A stretch of DNA of 64,000 bases from Meyerozyma guilliermondii (taxonomy: Eukaryota), in the NCBI GenBank assembly GCA_051546255.1, contig CP128818.1:248001-312000 (forward strand). The letters are read 5' to 3'. Positions 10,451-22,074 of the stretch are shown piece after piece. Numbering within the stretch: position 1 is the first letter of the stretch; each line of letters begins with the position of its first letter. The notes under the pieces are model-generated. The model saw nothing but the letters and a program-made list of their open reading frames with translations. It ran no database searches and was not told the origin of the DNA. The translations under genes and the position numbers were made by a program.

Positions 10451-11995
10451 ATGTTTCGATCAGCGGTGCCTGCGCCCGTTTATCGAGGGTTTAGACGATT
10501 TTTTTCACATACTACAAAGCTCCGTAACGAGGAAATTAACCCCACAAACTCCACGTTCCGTATTCTCGGAAATGACGCCGCGGCGGTGTCTGGAACCCAG
10601 TCCAGGTTCAACGAGAACATGCCATTTAAGCACATAGAACGTGCCAATGGGCTCAACAAGATCCATATAACGCTCCACGACTACTTTGGAGGCAACAAGA
10701 ACCAAACCCACAAAGTTTTCAGAAACGAAAACAAGTATAAGCAAGGGCGAAATGTCGAGCAACGAACGTTTGTAGATTTGAAATTGGTGCAAGCTGTTAG
10801 TGGTCGAGGAGGCAATGGTTCGGTTTCTTTTTTTCGGGACGCCCACCGACCGGTTGGACCAGCCGATGGTGGCGATGGGGGCCGAGGAGGAGACGTTTAT
10901 GTGCATGTTGTAGAAGGACTCACTTCTCTCCACAAGGTGAAAAAAACCTATGTTGCTCAAAATGGCGGGGCGGGAACCGGACGCCAGCTTGATGGGAAGA
11001 AGGGCGACGACGTGGTGATCGAGGTTCCGGCGGGAACCACTATTCGGTGGATTCCAGATCCTCGGCAACTCCGCCGGTATTTGCAGGAATCGGGCCACCA
11101 GCTCGACAACATTACCCTTGAGTTCCAGACGACAGACAGCGACAGCATCCAGTGGTTTCGTGACAGCTACGAGCCGGGCGAGGGGTGGCTCTTCAAGGAG
11201 CGAGACGAGGAATATCACCAGCAAAGAGACTATTTTAACGACCTTAATGAGCAGGTCAAGGCGATGGAGATGGAAATGCAGTACGAGGAATTGTGCCAGG
11301 ACCAGTTTCCCGTGGTGGGAATCGACTTCAATGAGCCCACCGACACTCCTGTGCTCTTGATGAAGGGCGGCGGCGGCGGAATGGGCAATATGCATTTTCT
11401 CACCAAAGATATTCGCAACCCTAGGTTCAGCAAAAGAGGCCGTGAAGGGTTGCGACAATTTTTCATACTCGAGCTCAAGATAATCGCTGATTTGGGGCTT
11501 GTGGGACTTCCGAACGCCGGCAAGTCCACGCTTTTGAGAGCCATTTCCCGTGCTCGTCCGCGAGTTGGCCATTGGGAATTCACTACACTCCAGCCTACTG
11601 TCGGCACAATTTTCACCACAATTGACCGAGATCCATTCACGGTGGCCGATATTCCGGGCATCATCAAGGGCGCCAGCCACGACAAGGGCATGGGACTTGA
11701 CTTTTTGCGGCACATTGAGCGGTCCAATGGGCTCGTTTTTGTGGTTTCGTTGGAGAGCAAATCGCCAAATGAAGACTTGGAAATTTTGGTCCAAGAAGTT
11801 GGAAAAAAGAGAATGGAGGATAAAAAGGTGTTAGTGGTGGCCACCAAGGCTGATGTAAACTCTACACCAGACCGATACCGTCAATTCCAAAAATACGTAG
11901 AGAGCAATGGGTGGAAGATTTTACCTGTCAGTGCGCAAAATGGAGAAAATGTGGAGAGATGCATTGAGATGATGGCGGAGACTGCTGGAAAGTGA
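10451..11995 (+). CDS. MTG2: Mitochondrial Obg-family GTPase
   Basis: Presequence-like N-terminus, Gly-rich Obg fold (GRGGNG, DGGDGGRGG), GLPNAGKS, FTTL, DIPG, TKAD. Confidence 0.92.
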   Translation: MFRSAVPAPVYRGFRRFFSHTTKLRNEEINPTNSTFRILGNDAAAVSGTQSRFNENMPFKHIERANGLNKIHITLHDYFGGNKNQTHKVFRNENKYKQGRNVEQRTFVDLKLVQAVSGRGGNGSVSFFRDAHRPVGPADGGDGGRGGDVYVHVVEGLTSLHKVKKTYVAQNGGAGTGRQLDGKKGDDVVIEVPAGTTIRWIPDPRQLRRYLQESGHQLDNITLEFQTTDSDSIQWFRDSYEPGEGWLFKERDEEYHQQRDYFNDLNEQVKAMEMEMQYEELCQDQFPVVGIDFNEPTDTPVLLMKGGGGGMGNMHFLTKDIRNPRFSKRGREGLRQFFILELKIIADLGLVGLPNAGKSTLLRAISRARPRVGHWEFTTLQPTVGTIFTTIDRDPFTVADIPGIIKGASHDKGMGLDFLRHIERSNGLVFVVSLESKSPNEDLEILVQEVGKKRMEDKKVLVVATKADVNSTPDRYRQFQKYVESNGWKILPVSAQNGENVERCIEMMAETAGK

Positions 11996-12205
11996 GAGAG
12001 GGAGAGAAGAGAAGAGGAGGGTACTGAAAGGGTAGTGGCAACTGTATAATAGAATGTAAATAGTAGATTAATGCATCGCATGATTTATTAGTACCATGTT
12101 ATAATCATAATATAACATGTATATAGCATAAATAACATTAGCTTGTACAGTCATACTCGTGGTCGTTACAGTGTTTCCTGTAATATTCCATGAGGTCTAT
12201 CGTAG

Positions 12206-12862
12206 TCATAATTCGTTAATCCGTTGACGAAGAACATTGTCCACCACGTCCAACACCACTCGGTATGGGTAATTGAACGGTTTTCCAAACGTCCAGTCAA
12301 TGCCCACATCTTTATATTGGGCCAAATCTTCTTCTTGTGTCCTGGTGGTTACCGCAATGAGTGGTAACCGGCAAAGTTTTGGGGACTGTCGTATTCGGTA
12401 CGCCAATTCAGTTCCAGAAACCACTGGCATTTCGATGTCGAGAAAAACACAATCAAACGGCGGTGTCGACGCCAAGTACGCCAACACCGAAGTAGAGTCA
12501 CAAAGCTCCACAATGTGTGCCCGCGGGTATAATCGTAAGAGGATTTTCGTGAGAATCTTGAGGTTGATGCTATTGTCGTCTACAAGCAAAAACCGGTATT
12601 GAGACATATTGGGGATAAAATTAGCAGGGCCAACTTCCGCCGGAGTCTCTACGTCGGGACTAAGTTTGTCCACCGGCGAAATATACTTTGTGACCTCGGT
12701 ATGACGGTGAGAAAACGACGGAACGGTTCTGGGTTCCAAGTCCACATCAACTGCCAATTTGGGAGCGTTTCCTTTCTTGCTAAAGTAGTCTGTGCTTGTG
12801 ATGGGTTGTGCGGGAGGAGTGTAAAGTTGGGTGTTGAAGGGGATCTGATCTGGGCTGTTCAT
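12206..12862 (-). CDS. SRR1: Stand-alone two-component response regulator (receiver domain)
   Basis: LLVDDN, FLDIEMP (phospho-acceptor Asp), AVTT, KP; short low-complexity N-terminus and no output domain, as in CUG-clade Srr1. Confidence 0.8.
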   Translation of the reverse strand: MNSPDQIPFNTQLYTPPAQPITSTDYFSKKGNAPKLAVDVDLEPRTVPSFSHRHTEVTKYISPVDKLSPDVETPAEVGPANFIPNMSQYRFLLVDDNSINLKILTKILLRLYPRAHIVELCDSTSVLAYLASTPPFDCVFLDIEMPVVSGTELAYRIRQSPKLCRLPLIAVTTRTQEEDLAQYKDVGIDWTFGKPFNYPYRVVLDVVDNVLRQRINEL

Positions 12863-13651
12863 GATGAAATGGACTGGATCACTGATCTAGAAATCACAGG
12901 TAGTGGTTGGTATTTGGAATATTTGGGATGTTTGTGGTTGATCTGAATTTTTGGTGCTTGTCTTATCACTGGTGGCTGACAGCTCGTACTTATAAGATGG
13001 TGATAATCTCAGCTCGTGGCAATTTGAAATTTGTCGTCTTGGCAAGAACTTATAGTAATCAATCTTTTTGAAAGCAATCTATTCAGATAATAAACTTTCT
13101 CCTGATAATAAATCTAATTTGGTAGTCTCGTAATAATTAAGTTGGTGCTCTCGATAATAAAGTTAATGGTAGGCAATAATAAATTTAATTTGGTCTTGAT
13201 TATATGTATCTGCGGTGATGAATGATAGTTGTTCGGCTCTGATTATGAACAACCGGAACTAAATGTTTAATTTAAGGAACGATGTATTCACCAACAGTTA
13301 CACGCGCACCCGCAAAAAGTTTTGCGACAAATGACGAACCGCAACATCTTATATTCCGCCTCATTCTTTTCTGTTGCTTGAGCCCGATCCGATGGTTCCA
13401 GGCCGATTCCCAAAAACGCAATTGACGCGCAGTCGCCGCATGAAAAAGCCGCATCCGCTGCAGCAAGATTCGGTCGAGCCCTTACAAAAATGGGCCGGCT
13501 GCAAACGCCCGGGTCGGATCTTGCGCTGCCCCGAAGAATAAGATGGTGGATTCTCGAAAGTAGTTGGTTAAAACTTGCCTTCCTACACACCATCCTGAGT
13601 TCCGACCACGATTACTCCACAAGGCTGTGTTGCAATACGAGAAAAGAAGCC

Positions 13652-13909
13652 GCTTATGTAAGCGCGCTCGCACGAGGCGTCACGTGACATAACTCCGGTT
13701 CTAGGCGGTCATGTTTTGATGAAGCATTGAGGCGGTAGTATAAGCGGGGTACAGGGGTTTTGCAGCCAAGTCAACCAGCCCGCCCCTACCCCTGATAACC
13801 GCATCTCCACGGATATGTGTTAGGTTTGAATTTCGGAGTACCGGTGTTCGGTTCTGTGCCCGCAGCTGCAAGGAGTGCCGCAGAATGTTCCGCAGCGGCA
13901 TTGACGCGT
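13652..13909. promoter_or_regulatory. Shared SRR1/RNR promoter: GCTTATGTAAGC (13652), GTCACGTGAC (13679), MCB ACGCGT (13904)
   Basis: Near-palindromic bZIP-like site, Cbf1/Tye7-type E-box and a perfect MCB; MCB elements are expected upstream of RNR genes. Confidence 0.5.
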
Positions 13910-14193
13910 ACAATAAACAGGCGCAAACGCTCGGCACCATGGCGCGGTGGCACAGTTGTGGGGAGCGGGGAGATCAGACAAATTAGTTCCGGTCGCATCG
14001 GACTGCCTTTGGTTCAGTTTTTGCGGTTGCATTCTTTTCAGGTACGCCGATAGTGTGCAGGCTGGTTCTGTTCATCTGTCTCATCGCCGTTTTGTCTCAG
14101 GAGTGATGGTCCATATACACTCCCTCGGTTCCATCCCATTTCGGTTAGGTAATGAGATGCGCGCGACATTTGCCTCGTTTCTTCAGGTACACT

Positions 14194-16596
14194 ATGGTGG
14201 ATGTTTTGGCCCCAAATAAACAAACCAAATTTGATCCAAAACGATTACGATCGCTTCTAGACACTCTCAGCTATGAGCTCGATATAGAACACCTCGATTT
14301 GGATGATGTAGTCGACTCGGTGGCTGCTGGATTACCGGCAACAATAACCGTTGATGACTTATTACTTCTTACGGCCGAGTCTTTGGCATCTAGAACCACC
14401 AGTTATCCTGACTATGGGGTGCTTGCTGGACGAGTGGAGATGACCAAAATCCAGAAACTGGCAGAAAATCTGTTTTCTGCAAATATTGCAAAAATTGCAA
14501 AAATCGCCCCAAATACGTTATCGAGCCAATTGGTTTCGGTGGCGGAAAAGAACGCTGAAAAGATAGATGGAGCCATAGATCACAGGAGAGATTACGAATT
14601 GAGCTATTTTGCCGTGAAAACCTTGCAAAAATCTTATTTGCTTGTTGGTTCTGAGACTCCTCAGTATATGTTCATGAGAGTATCTCTTGGAATTCACGGG
14701 CAAGATGTCAATTCAGCCATAGAAACCTACACATACATGTCGCAAAAATACTTCATACACGCGTCGCCAACTTTGTTCAACAGTGGAACCAATTATAACC
14801 ATCTTTCATCATGTTTCTTGTTGGCGATGAAAGAAGATTCTATTGACGGGATCTACAAAACCCTCCATGAAACCGCACTTATATCCAAAGCCTCGGGAGG
14901 AATTGGCCTCCATGTACATAATATTCGAGCCAGCGGCTCAAGAATTGCCAGCTCAAGCGGAACTTCTAGTGGCTTGGTTCCGATGCTTCGAGTATTCAAC
15001 AATACTGCTCGCTATGTTGACCAAGGTGGAAATAAACGACCAGGAGCGTTTGCTATCTACTTGGAACCATGGCACGCTGATATCTTTGAGGTGTTGGACT
15101 TGAAAAAGAACCACGGAAAGGAAGAAATGAGAGCCCGAGACCTCTTTTATGCGTTGTGGATTCCAGATCTTTTCATGGAACGAGTACGAAACGATGAGCA
15201 ATGGTCTTGTTTCTCGCCGGATCAGGCACCGGGCTTGGAAAATTGTTATGGAGAAGAATTTAAACGGTTGTATGAATCGTACGAAGCTAAAGGGTTGGCT
15301 ATGAAAGTAGTAAGGGCCCAAAAATTGTGGGACGCCATTCTCGACTCCCAGATTGAAACTGGTGGACCCTACATGCTCTACAAAGATGCGTGCAACGAGA
15401 AATCGAACCAGAAGAATTTGGGAACCATCAAGTCTTCAAACTTGTGCTGCGAAGTCGTCCAGTATTCTTCGCCAGACGAAGTAGCAGTGTGCAATTTGGG
15501 GTCGGTAGCACTTCCTATGTTTGTTAAGAATGACAATTTCGACTCACAGTTGTTGCACAAAGTGACCAAGGTGCTCGTGAACAACTTGAACAAAGTCATT
15601 GATGTTACGGCGTATCCTCTCGAATCGGCCAGAATCTCCAATAAGAAACACAGACCCATAGCAGTTGGCGTACAAGGTCTCGCCGACCTTTTCTTGAAGC
15701 TAGAATTGCCGTTTGATTCTCCACGAGCTAGAGAGTTAAATATCCAGGTGTTCGAGACCATTTACCATGCTGCAGTGGAGGCTTCAGTTGAGCTAGCTAT
15801 AAAAGATGGTCCCTATGAAACATTTGCTGGATCCCCGGCCTCAAAAGGGCTACTACAGTTTGATCTTTGGAACCACAAGCCTTCGGATCTCTACACAGAC
15901 TGGGACGAATTGAAGCAAAAAGTAGTTAAAAGCGGGATGCGAAATTCGCTCTTGGTGGCTCCGATGCCCACTGCCTCGACGTCTCAAATACTAGGTTTCA
16001 ACGAATGCTTTGAGCCATACACCTCCAACATCTACACGAGAAGAGTTTTGGCTGGAGAGTTTCAGGTGGTCAACAAGTATTTGGTGAAGAAACTCACCGA
16101 GTTAAATTTGTGGAACAAGCAAATGAAAGACAGGATTCTTGTTGCAGGCGGATCGGTGATGAACATCGACGAGATACCCCAACATGTAAGAGATGTGTTC
16201 AAAACGGTGTGGGATATACTGCAGCGCACCATAATAGACATGGCCGTGGACCGAGCCAAATTCATTGACCAGCTGCAGAGTTTAAACATCCATATGCGAA
16301 ATCCTACCAAATCCAAGTTGACCAGCTGCCACTTTTATGCGTGGAAACAAGGCTTGAAAACTGGCTTGTATTACTTGCGAACGCAATCTGCTTCCAGAGC
16401 TATTCAGTTTACTGTTTCGGGATTGAGCAGTGCTGCAACACCTCTAAAACGTAAAATTGACGAAGTATACGAACTGAGCTTTCCCGGCACAGGTGAGTTG
16501 ACCCCAGAGTCTCAAGGGTATTCGCCTGGAGAGGAAAAGAGAGATTCATGTAATTACACCCCAGACGAAATCGCCTGTAGCTCGTGCTCAGGCTAA
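14194..16596 (+). CDS. RNR3: Ribonucleotide reductase large subunit, divergent (RNR3-like) paralogue
   Basis: SPTLFN, LSSCFL, VDQGGNKRPGA, SSNLCCE, APMPTASTS, KTGLYYLR, C-terminal CSSC; N-terminal ATP cone divergent. Product is certain; the symbol is tentative. Confidence 0.85.
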   Translation: MVDVLAPNKQTKFDPKRLRSLLDTLSYELDIEHLDLDDVVDSVAAGLPATITVDDLLLLTAESLASRTTSYPDYGVLAGRVEMTKIQKLAENLFSANIAKIAKIAPNTLSSQLVSVAEKNAEKIDGAIDHRRDYELSYFAVKTLQKSYLLVGSETPQYMFMRVSLGIHGQDVNSAIETYTYMSQKYFIHASPTLFNSGTNYNHLSSCFLLAMKEDSIDGIYKTLHETALISKASGGIGLHVHNIRASGSRIASSSGTSSGLVPMLRVFNNTARYVDQGGNKRPGAFAIYLEPWHADIFEVLDLKKNHGKEEMRARDLFYALWIPDLFMERVRNDEQWSCFSPDQAPGLENCYGEEFKRLYESYEAKGLAMKVVRAQKLWDAILDSQIETGGPYMLYKDACNEKSNQKNLGTIKSSNLCCEVVQYSSPDEVAVCNLGSVALPMFVKNDNFDSQLLHKVTKVLVNNLNKVIDVTAYPLESARISNKKHRPIAVGVQGLADLFLKLELPFDSPRARELNIQVFETIYHAAVEASVELAIKDGPYETFAGSPASKGLLQFDLWNHKPSDLYTDWDELKQKVVKSGMRNSLLVAPMPTASTSQILGFNECFEPYTSNIYTRRVLAGEFQVVNKYLVKKLTELNLWNKQMKDRILVAGGSVMNIDEIPQHVRDVFKTVWDILQRTIIDMAVDRAKFIDQLQSLNIHMRNPTKSKLTSCHFYAWKQGLKTGLYYLRTQSASRAIQFTVSGLSSAATPLKRKIDEVYELSFPGTGELTPESQGYSPGEEKRDSCNYTPDEIACSSCSG

Positions 16597-16787
16597 TGTA
16601 TAAAGCATGTATATAATTTGCTAGATCCGAACTTAGCTTTCGAACTTCACAGGTAGGTAGAACACTCTTCTTCAGTGAATTCAGCCTTTTGATCAAAACC
16701 TCTTTTGAGAAAATTACCAGCTTTAATATAGTTCGGTTTAATTAGCCTCAGCTTCAAACGAAACTTTCAGTTTCGTTCATCAGCTCT

Positions 16788-18284
16788 TCACCGCTTCAAC
16801 TTTCTATTGGCAAAGTCTGCCACCTGAGATATACCATCTTTGGTGACAAAAAACCTCATTTTGGTTCTGTCGGACCATATAAGTACTCCCACATCCGAAG
16901 CATAATTGCACAAAACATCGAATTCTTGCTGGCTTGCAAACTCCTTGAACAAATAGCCCTCGAACGCTTGGATCCGATCCAATTCCAACTGCCAAAGCTT
17001 GATTTGGTCCACCACTGTGGGCGGAAGAATTTCGAGTTTATGCTGAGCCGACGAGTTCTGACCACCGCCTGCAGTGTTGATGTTGTTGCTCGCGTCGAAC
17101 TCGACCTTCTTGTCGAGTCTTTCCTTGGCTAGAGCCCGCATTTGTGGATGGGCATGGGTCTCGAGAAAATTGATGATTTGGTCCGAGGTGATTCCGTTGT
17201 ACAATGCGTTGCGAATGGATTCTCGGGTGATTTGTCCAGAAACCATATTGGAGAATCTCGTCCTTAAGTTGACAAATAGGTTCAAAATGGCAATCTCCAA
17301 CGGAGAATTTGTGTATGCGTAGAGTTTAAAGTTGGTTTCAAGAATAATTGAGCCTTGACCTGGTCCCGAGTCAAGTCCATTTGATGTGTCCACCGCCTGG
17401 TCTAGCGCCATGGAGGGGGTTTTGAGAGATGCAGACTCGGATGTGAGAGTGGTAGCGAGTCTCGTGGGATAAAATCGATCGGATTGGTCGCTGTACTGGT
17501 ACACTAGACCGTAATCTCGCAAGTCTGCCAACATGCTAACCTGGGTGTCGCTGAGACCAGAGAGGTAGTAGCTTTTCCCAAGCTCGAGAGACCCCAAAAC
17601 GAAGAGAAAATTGAGCACATCGACGGGGTCCATGTTTAGATCTTGTGTCAAGTTGAGATACTGAAGAAGAAGTGTCCATATTTGGGCATTCATGTCCTGT
17701 AGCAAGAACTGAAATCCACTATTGGTAATCTTCAAGTTGCGAGCATCAGTTCCTGGACCTTCCATGAGTCCACCCAGCTTGAGGAGCGACAAAACCGAAG
17801 GTGATGGTTTGGAAGGAAGTTCAGTTCCCACCATATAATGCAAGATTGTTTCCCATTTTTGCAGCGCAAACGAGTCGAGAAACGCCACCGTAACCTTGTG
17901 ACCGTCGTCCTCGGTACACAAGTTTCCAAACGCCGTGGCTTCCTGGTTTCCTGTTAAGCAATCTCGAAAGTTCTTTCGAAACGTCATATGGAGTCGAAGA
18001 AAATTGCCCCCAGCATCTTCCTCCACCAAATGCAACGACTTGAGCCGCTTCAATGCGTCGTACTGAAGACTCTTGGACTGTGGACGGCACCACTTGTCGA
18101 GATCTCGAACCGATTGAGGCCGTTCGTTGAAAATCATCAGCATGATGAAAAACTTTGCAATTGGCGTCAACAACCTGAAGATGGAAAGACATGTTGCGGG
18201 TGCCTCGTAGAGCTGCGACTGGATGGTCGGCGGCAATCCTTCTAGATACTCGTTGACGGTGGCCTTGAACTGGTTGGCGGACAT
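16788..18284 (-). CDS. TFB2: TFIIH subunit Tfb2 (p52)
   Basis: [46 protein letters not shown]. Confidence 0.95.
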   Translation of the reverse strand: MSANQFKATVNEYLEGLPPTIQSQLYEAPATCLSIFRLLTPIAKFFIMLMIFNERPQSVRDLDKWCRPQSKSLQYDALKRLKSLHLVEEDAGGNFLRLHMTFRKNFRDCLTGNQEATAFGNLCTEDDGHKVTVAFLDSFALQKWETILHYMVGTELPSKPSPSVLSLLKLGGLMEGPGTDARNLKITNSGFQFLLQDMNAQIWTLLLQYLNLTQDLNMDPVDVLNFLFVLGSLELGKSYYLSGLSDTQVSMLADLRDYGLVYQYSDQSDRFYPTRLATTLTSESASLKTPSMALDQAVDTSNGLDSGPGQGSIILETNFKLYAYTNSPLEIAILNLFVNLRTRFSNMVSGQITRESIRNALYNGITSDQIINFLETHAHPQMRALAKERLDKKVEFDASNNINTAGGGQNSSAQHKLEILPPTVVDQIKLWQLELDRIQAFEGYLFKEFASQQEFDVLCNYASDVGVLIWSDRTKMRFFVTKDGISQVADFANRKLKR

Positions 18285-18391
18285 GGGCTATTGAAGTGCA
18301 ACGATGAATTGATGGTGCGATCTGGTGTGTGGGTGCGCGTCCCGCGATTTTCTCGATGAGCCAAAACGATCTGTAAGCATACCCAGACCTC

Positions 18392-21300
18392 ATGTCCAAG
18401 CGGAAAGCGTCCACGCTTTACGAGGCCGACGCCGGTTTTGGAGACCTTCTCCAGCCGGAATATAAGGGCAAAAAGCTCGCGGACGAAATTAACACCGTTG
18501 ATGACAAATGGAATCTTTTACCGGCGTTTTTGAAAGTCAAGGGACTTGTCAAGCAGCATTTGGACTCGTTTAATTTCTTTGTCGATGTCGATTTGAAGAA
18601 GATCGTCCAGGCCAACGAATTGGTGTTGTCAGACGTGGATCCAGACTTCTACTTGAAATATTTGGACATCAGGGTGGGCCACAAATCAACGTCTTCACCA
18701 GGCACCAAAGAGGTGATTTTGCCTCCCCACGAGTGTCGATTACGGGATTTGACTTATTCGGCGCCCATATACGTGGATGTGGAGTACACACGCGGGAGAA
18801 AGATTATCATGCACAAAGACTTGGAAATCGGAAGAATGCCCATCATGTTGAAGTCCAACAAGTGTATTTTGGACGGCATCAACGACCACCAAATGGCCAA
18901 GTTAGACGAGTGCCCCATTGACCCTGGTGGGTATTTCATTGTCAATGGTACGGAAAAGGTCATTTTGATCCAGGAACAGCTCTCCAAGAACAGAATCATC
19001 GTAGAAGCCGATGAAAAAAAGGGCATTGTCCAGGCATCGGTAACATCGTCCACCCACGAACGTAAGTCCAAGACCTATGTTATCACGAAAAATGAGAAAA
19101 TATACCTCAAACACAACTCCATTGGCGAAGATGTTCCCATTGTCATTATTCTCAAAGCCGCTGGAATCACTTCGGACCTTGAAATTTTGCAACTTGTGTG
19201 CGGAAGCAACCCGCAGTACCAGGACCTTTTTGCCGTGAACTTTGAGGAAGCGGCTCGTTTGGAGGTTTTCACCCAACAACAGGCTCTAAACTATGTTGGT
19301 AAACGAGTGAAAACGGTCCGGAGAGCAGGCGCACCCAAATTGTCTCAGCTCCAAGAAGGTATCGAGGCTATTGCAACAACCATAATTGCCCATATAACAG
19401 TTGATGACTTGCAGTTCCGTGAAAAGGCGCTTTACATTGCCATGATGGCCAGAAGAGTGCTCATGACAATGCACAATCCCAAAATGGTGGACGACCGAGA
19501 TTACGTGGGAAACAAGCGGTTGGAACTTGCGGGCCAGCTTATGTCGTTGCTCTTTGAAGATTTGTTCAAAAAGTTCAACAGCGATTTCAAGGCAAATATA
19601 GACAAAATCTTGAAGAAACCAAGCCGTGCGCTGGAGTTCGATGCATTGCTCTCGATCAATATTCATTCCAACAATATCACCATGGGTATGAACCGTGCGA
19701 TTTCCACAGGGAACTGGTCGCTCAAGCGTTTCAAGATGGAAAGAGCCGGGGTTACCCATGTTTTATCACGACTCTCGTACATTTCAGCGTTGGGAATGAT
19801 GACCAGAATATCTTCTCAGTTTGAAAAGTCTCGTAAAGTTTCCGGCCCCAGAGCTTTACAGCCTTCACAGTTTGGTATGTTGTGCACCTCCGATACCCCA
19901 GAAGGTGAAGCCTGTGGGTTGGTCAAAAACTTGGCATTGATGACCCATATCACCACTGATGACGAGGAAGAGCCCATAAGACTGGTTTGTTTCGCCTTAG
20001 GATGTGAAGATATTCTCGAGGTGGACTCGGCGACTTTGCACGCCGATGGAAATTTTGGCATTTATCTCAATGGTACCATTATAGGAACCACTCGATTCCC
20101 GGCTCAATTTGTGGGAAATTTCAGAGCTCTTCGTCGATCTGGAAAAGTTTCACCGTTCATATCGATTCATACAAACACCCACCAAAATGCCGTGCAAATA
20201 GCTACCGATGGAGGTCGGGTTTGTCGTCCTTTGATTATTGTCGATTCCAAAAACAAAGCCAATGTGAAGGCTGTGCATTTGAAAAAGCTCATGGCTGGTG
20301 AATGGGTATTTGAAGATTTCATCAAGCACGGTCTCGTCGAGTATCTCGACGTCAACGAGGAAAACGACTCATTTATTGCATTGTACGAGAGAGATCTCGA
20401 AGCCAACCAAAATATCACCCATTTGGAAATCGAGCCTTTCACGGTTTTGGGTGCGGTTGCCGGGTTAATTCCTTACCCACACCACAACCAGTCGCCCAGA
20501 AACACCTACCAGTGTGCTATGGGTAAGCAAGCAATTGGAGCCATAGCATACAACCAGTTCCGCAGAATTGACACCTTGTTGTACTTGATGGTATACCCGC
20601 AACAACCCATGGTGAAAACCAAAACCATCGAGCTTATAGACTACGACAAGTTACCAGCAGGCCAGAATGCCACTGTGGCAGTGATGTCGTACTCGGGATA
20701 CGATATCGAGGATGCTTTAGTGTTGAACAAAGCATCAATTGATCGAGGTTTTGGTCGGTGTCAAGTGTTGAGGAAAAACACCGTGAATCTTAAGCGGTAC
20801 CCAAACCACACCAAGGACGTAGTTTCTGGTATGAGAGTGGACGAGCAGGGTGAGCCTATTTTCCCGCATGCGTCACTTGGTCCAGATGGATTGGGAGAAG
20901 TTGGTATGAAGGTGGAAAATGGCCAGGTTTACGTCAACAAATGTGTTCCCACCAATGCCAGTGAATCTGTATTGGGAGCCAACGAACCTCATCACCAGCA
21001 GAATGTGGAAAGTCACCGAGAAACCCCAGCCTATTACAGAGGCCCTGAACCTTCCTATATTGACCAGGTGATGATGTCTGTTAGTGACAACGACCAAACC
21101 TTGATCAAGGTTTTGTTGAGACAAACCAGAAGACCCGAGCTTGGAGATAAGTTTTCTTCTCGACATGGCCAGAAAGGTGTGTGTGGAATCATCGTTCAGC
21201 AGGAAGACCTTCCATTCAACGACGACGGTATAGTGCCAGATATCATTATGAACCCACATGGATTTCCCTCACGGATGACAGTGGGAAAAATGATTGAGTT

Positions 21301-21862
21301 GATTTCGGGAAAAGCAGGTGTGCTCAACGGCAGCTTGGAGTACGGAACATGTTTTGGCGGCTCCAAACTCGAAGATATGTCTGAGATTTTGGTGAAAAAT
21401 GGCTTCAACTACTCTGGAAAAGATATGCTTTACTCTGGTATAACTGGAGAATGCTTGCAGGCCTACATCTTCTTTGGACCCATCTACTACCAGAAGTTGA
21501 AACATATGGTGTTGGACAAAATGCATGCCAGAGCAAGAGGCCCTAGAGCAGTTTTAACGAGACAGCCTACAGAAGGTCGTTCTCGTGATGGTGGTTTGCG
21601 TTTAGGAGAGATGGAAAGAGACTGTGTAATTGCATACGGAGCATCCCAGCTCTTGTTGGAACGACTCATGCTTTCCTCAGATGCATTTGAGGTTGATGTT
21701 TGCAACAATTGTGGACTTATGGGATACAACAGTTGGTGTACCAGTTGCAAGTCGTCAGAAAATGTCATTAAAATGACAATTCCGTACGCTGCCAAGTTGT
21801 TATTCCAGGAGTTGTTGTCGATGAACATTGCCCCGCGTCTCAAGTTGGATGACGTGTTTTAA
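18392..21862 (+). CDS. RET1: RNA polymerase III second-largest subunit (C128)
   Basis: [54 protein letters not shown]. Confidence 0.97.
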   Translation: MSKRKASTLYEADAGFGDLLQPEYKGKKLADEINTVDDKWNLLPAFLKVKGLVKQHLDSFNFFVDVDLKKIVQANELVLSDVDPDFYLKYLDIRVGHKSTSSPGTKEVILPPHECRLRDLTYSAPIYVDVEYTRGRKIIMHKDLEIGRMPIMLKSNKCILDGINDHQMAKLDECPIDPGGYFIVNGTEKVILIQEQLSKNRIIVEADEKKGIVQASVTSSTHERKSKTYVITKNEKIYLKHNSIGEDVPIVIILKAAGITSDLEILQLVCGSNPQYQDLFAVNFEEAARLEVFTQQQALNYVGKRVKTVRRAGAPKLSQLQEGIEAIATTIIAHITVDDLQFREKALYIAMMARRVLMTMHNPKMVDDRDYVGNKRLELAGQLMSLLFEDLFKKFNSDFKANIDKILKKPSRALEFDALLSINIHSNNITMGMNRAISTGNWSLKRFKMERAGVTHVLSRLSYISALGMMTRISSQFEKSRKVSGPRALQPSQFGMLCTSDTPEGEACGLVKNLALMTHITTDDEEEPIRLVCFALGCEDILEVDSATLHADGNFGIYLNGTIIGTTRFPAQFVGNFRALRRSGKVSPFISIHTNTHQNAVQIATDGGRVCRPLIIVDSKNKANVKAVHLKKLMAGEWVFEDFIKHGLVEYLDVNEENDSFIALYERDLEANQNITHLEIEPFTVLGAVAGLIPYPHHNQSPRNTYQCAMGKQAIGAIAYNQFRRIDTLLYLMVYPQQPMVKTKTIELIDYDKLPAGQNATVAVMSYSGYDIEDALVLNKASIDRGFGRCQVLRKNTVNLKRYPNHTKDVVSGMRVDEQGEPIFPHASLGPDGLGEVGMKVENGQVYVNKCVPTNASESVLGANEPHHQQNVESHRETPAYYRGPEPSYIDQVMMSVSDNDQTLIKVLLRQTRRPELGDKFSSRHGQKGVCGIIVQQEDLPFNDDGIVPDIIMNPHGFPSRMTVGKMIELISGKAGVLNGSLEYGTCFGGSKLEDMSEILVKNGFNYSGKDMLYSGITGECLQAYIFFGPIYYQKLKHMVLDKMHARARGPRAVLTRQPTEGRSRDGGLRLGEMERDCVIAYGASQLLLERLMLSSDAFEVDVCNNCGLMGYNSWCTSCKSSENVIKMTIPYAAKLLFQELLSMNIAPRLKLDDVF

Positions 21863-22074
21863 ATAGATCATGAAAGTACGAACCTTCATTGTAATTTGCA
21901 GCCGTTCGCGCAGCAGCAACTCTTTGCGGCGCCGCATCGCTGCTCACTATCACCGCCTGCAGGAAAACCATTTCCTGATCTGATGCGAGGAGAATTGCGT
22001 CATTCTGTCATTATTATTTATTGTCTCGTCAATTATTCTGGCATCCACCACTCTTAGGGGGCTGAAATTTGGAT

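Noticed and set aside
10505..11794. 429-aa antisense ORF inside MTG2
   Set aside because: Fully shadows a conserved gene and has no recognisable motifs; typical antisense artefact
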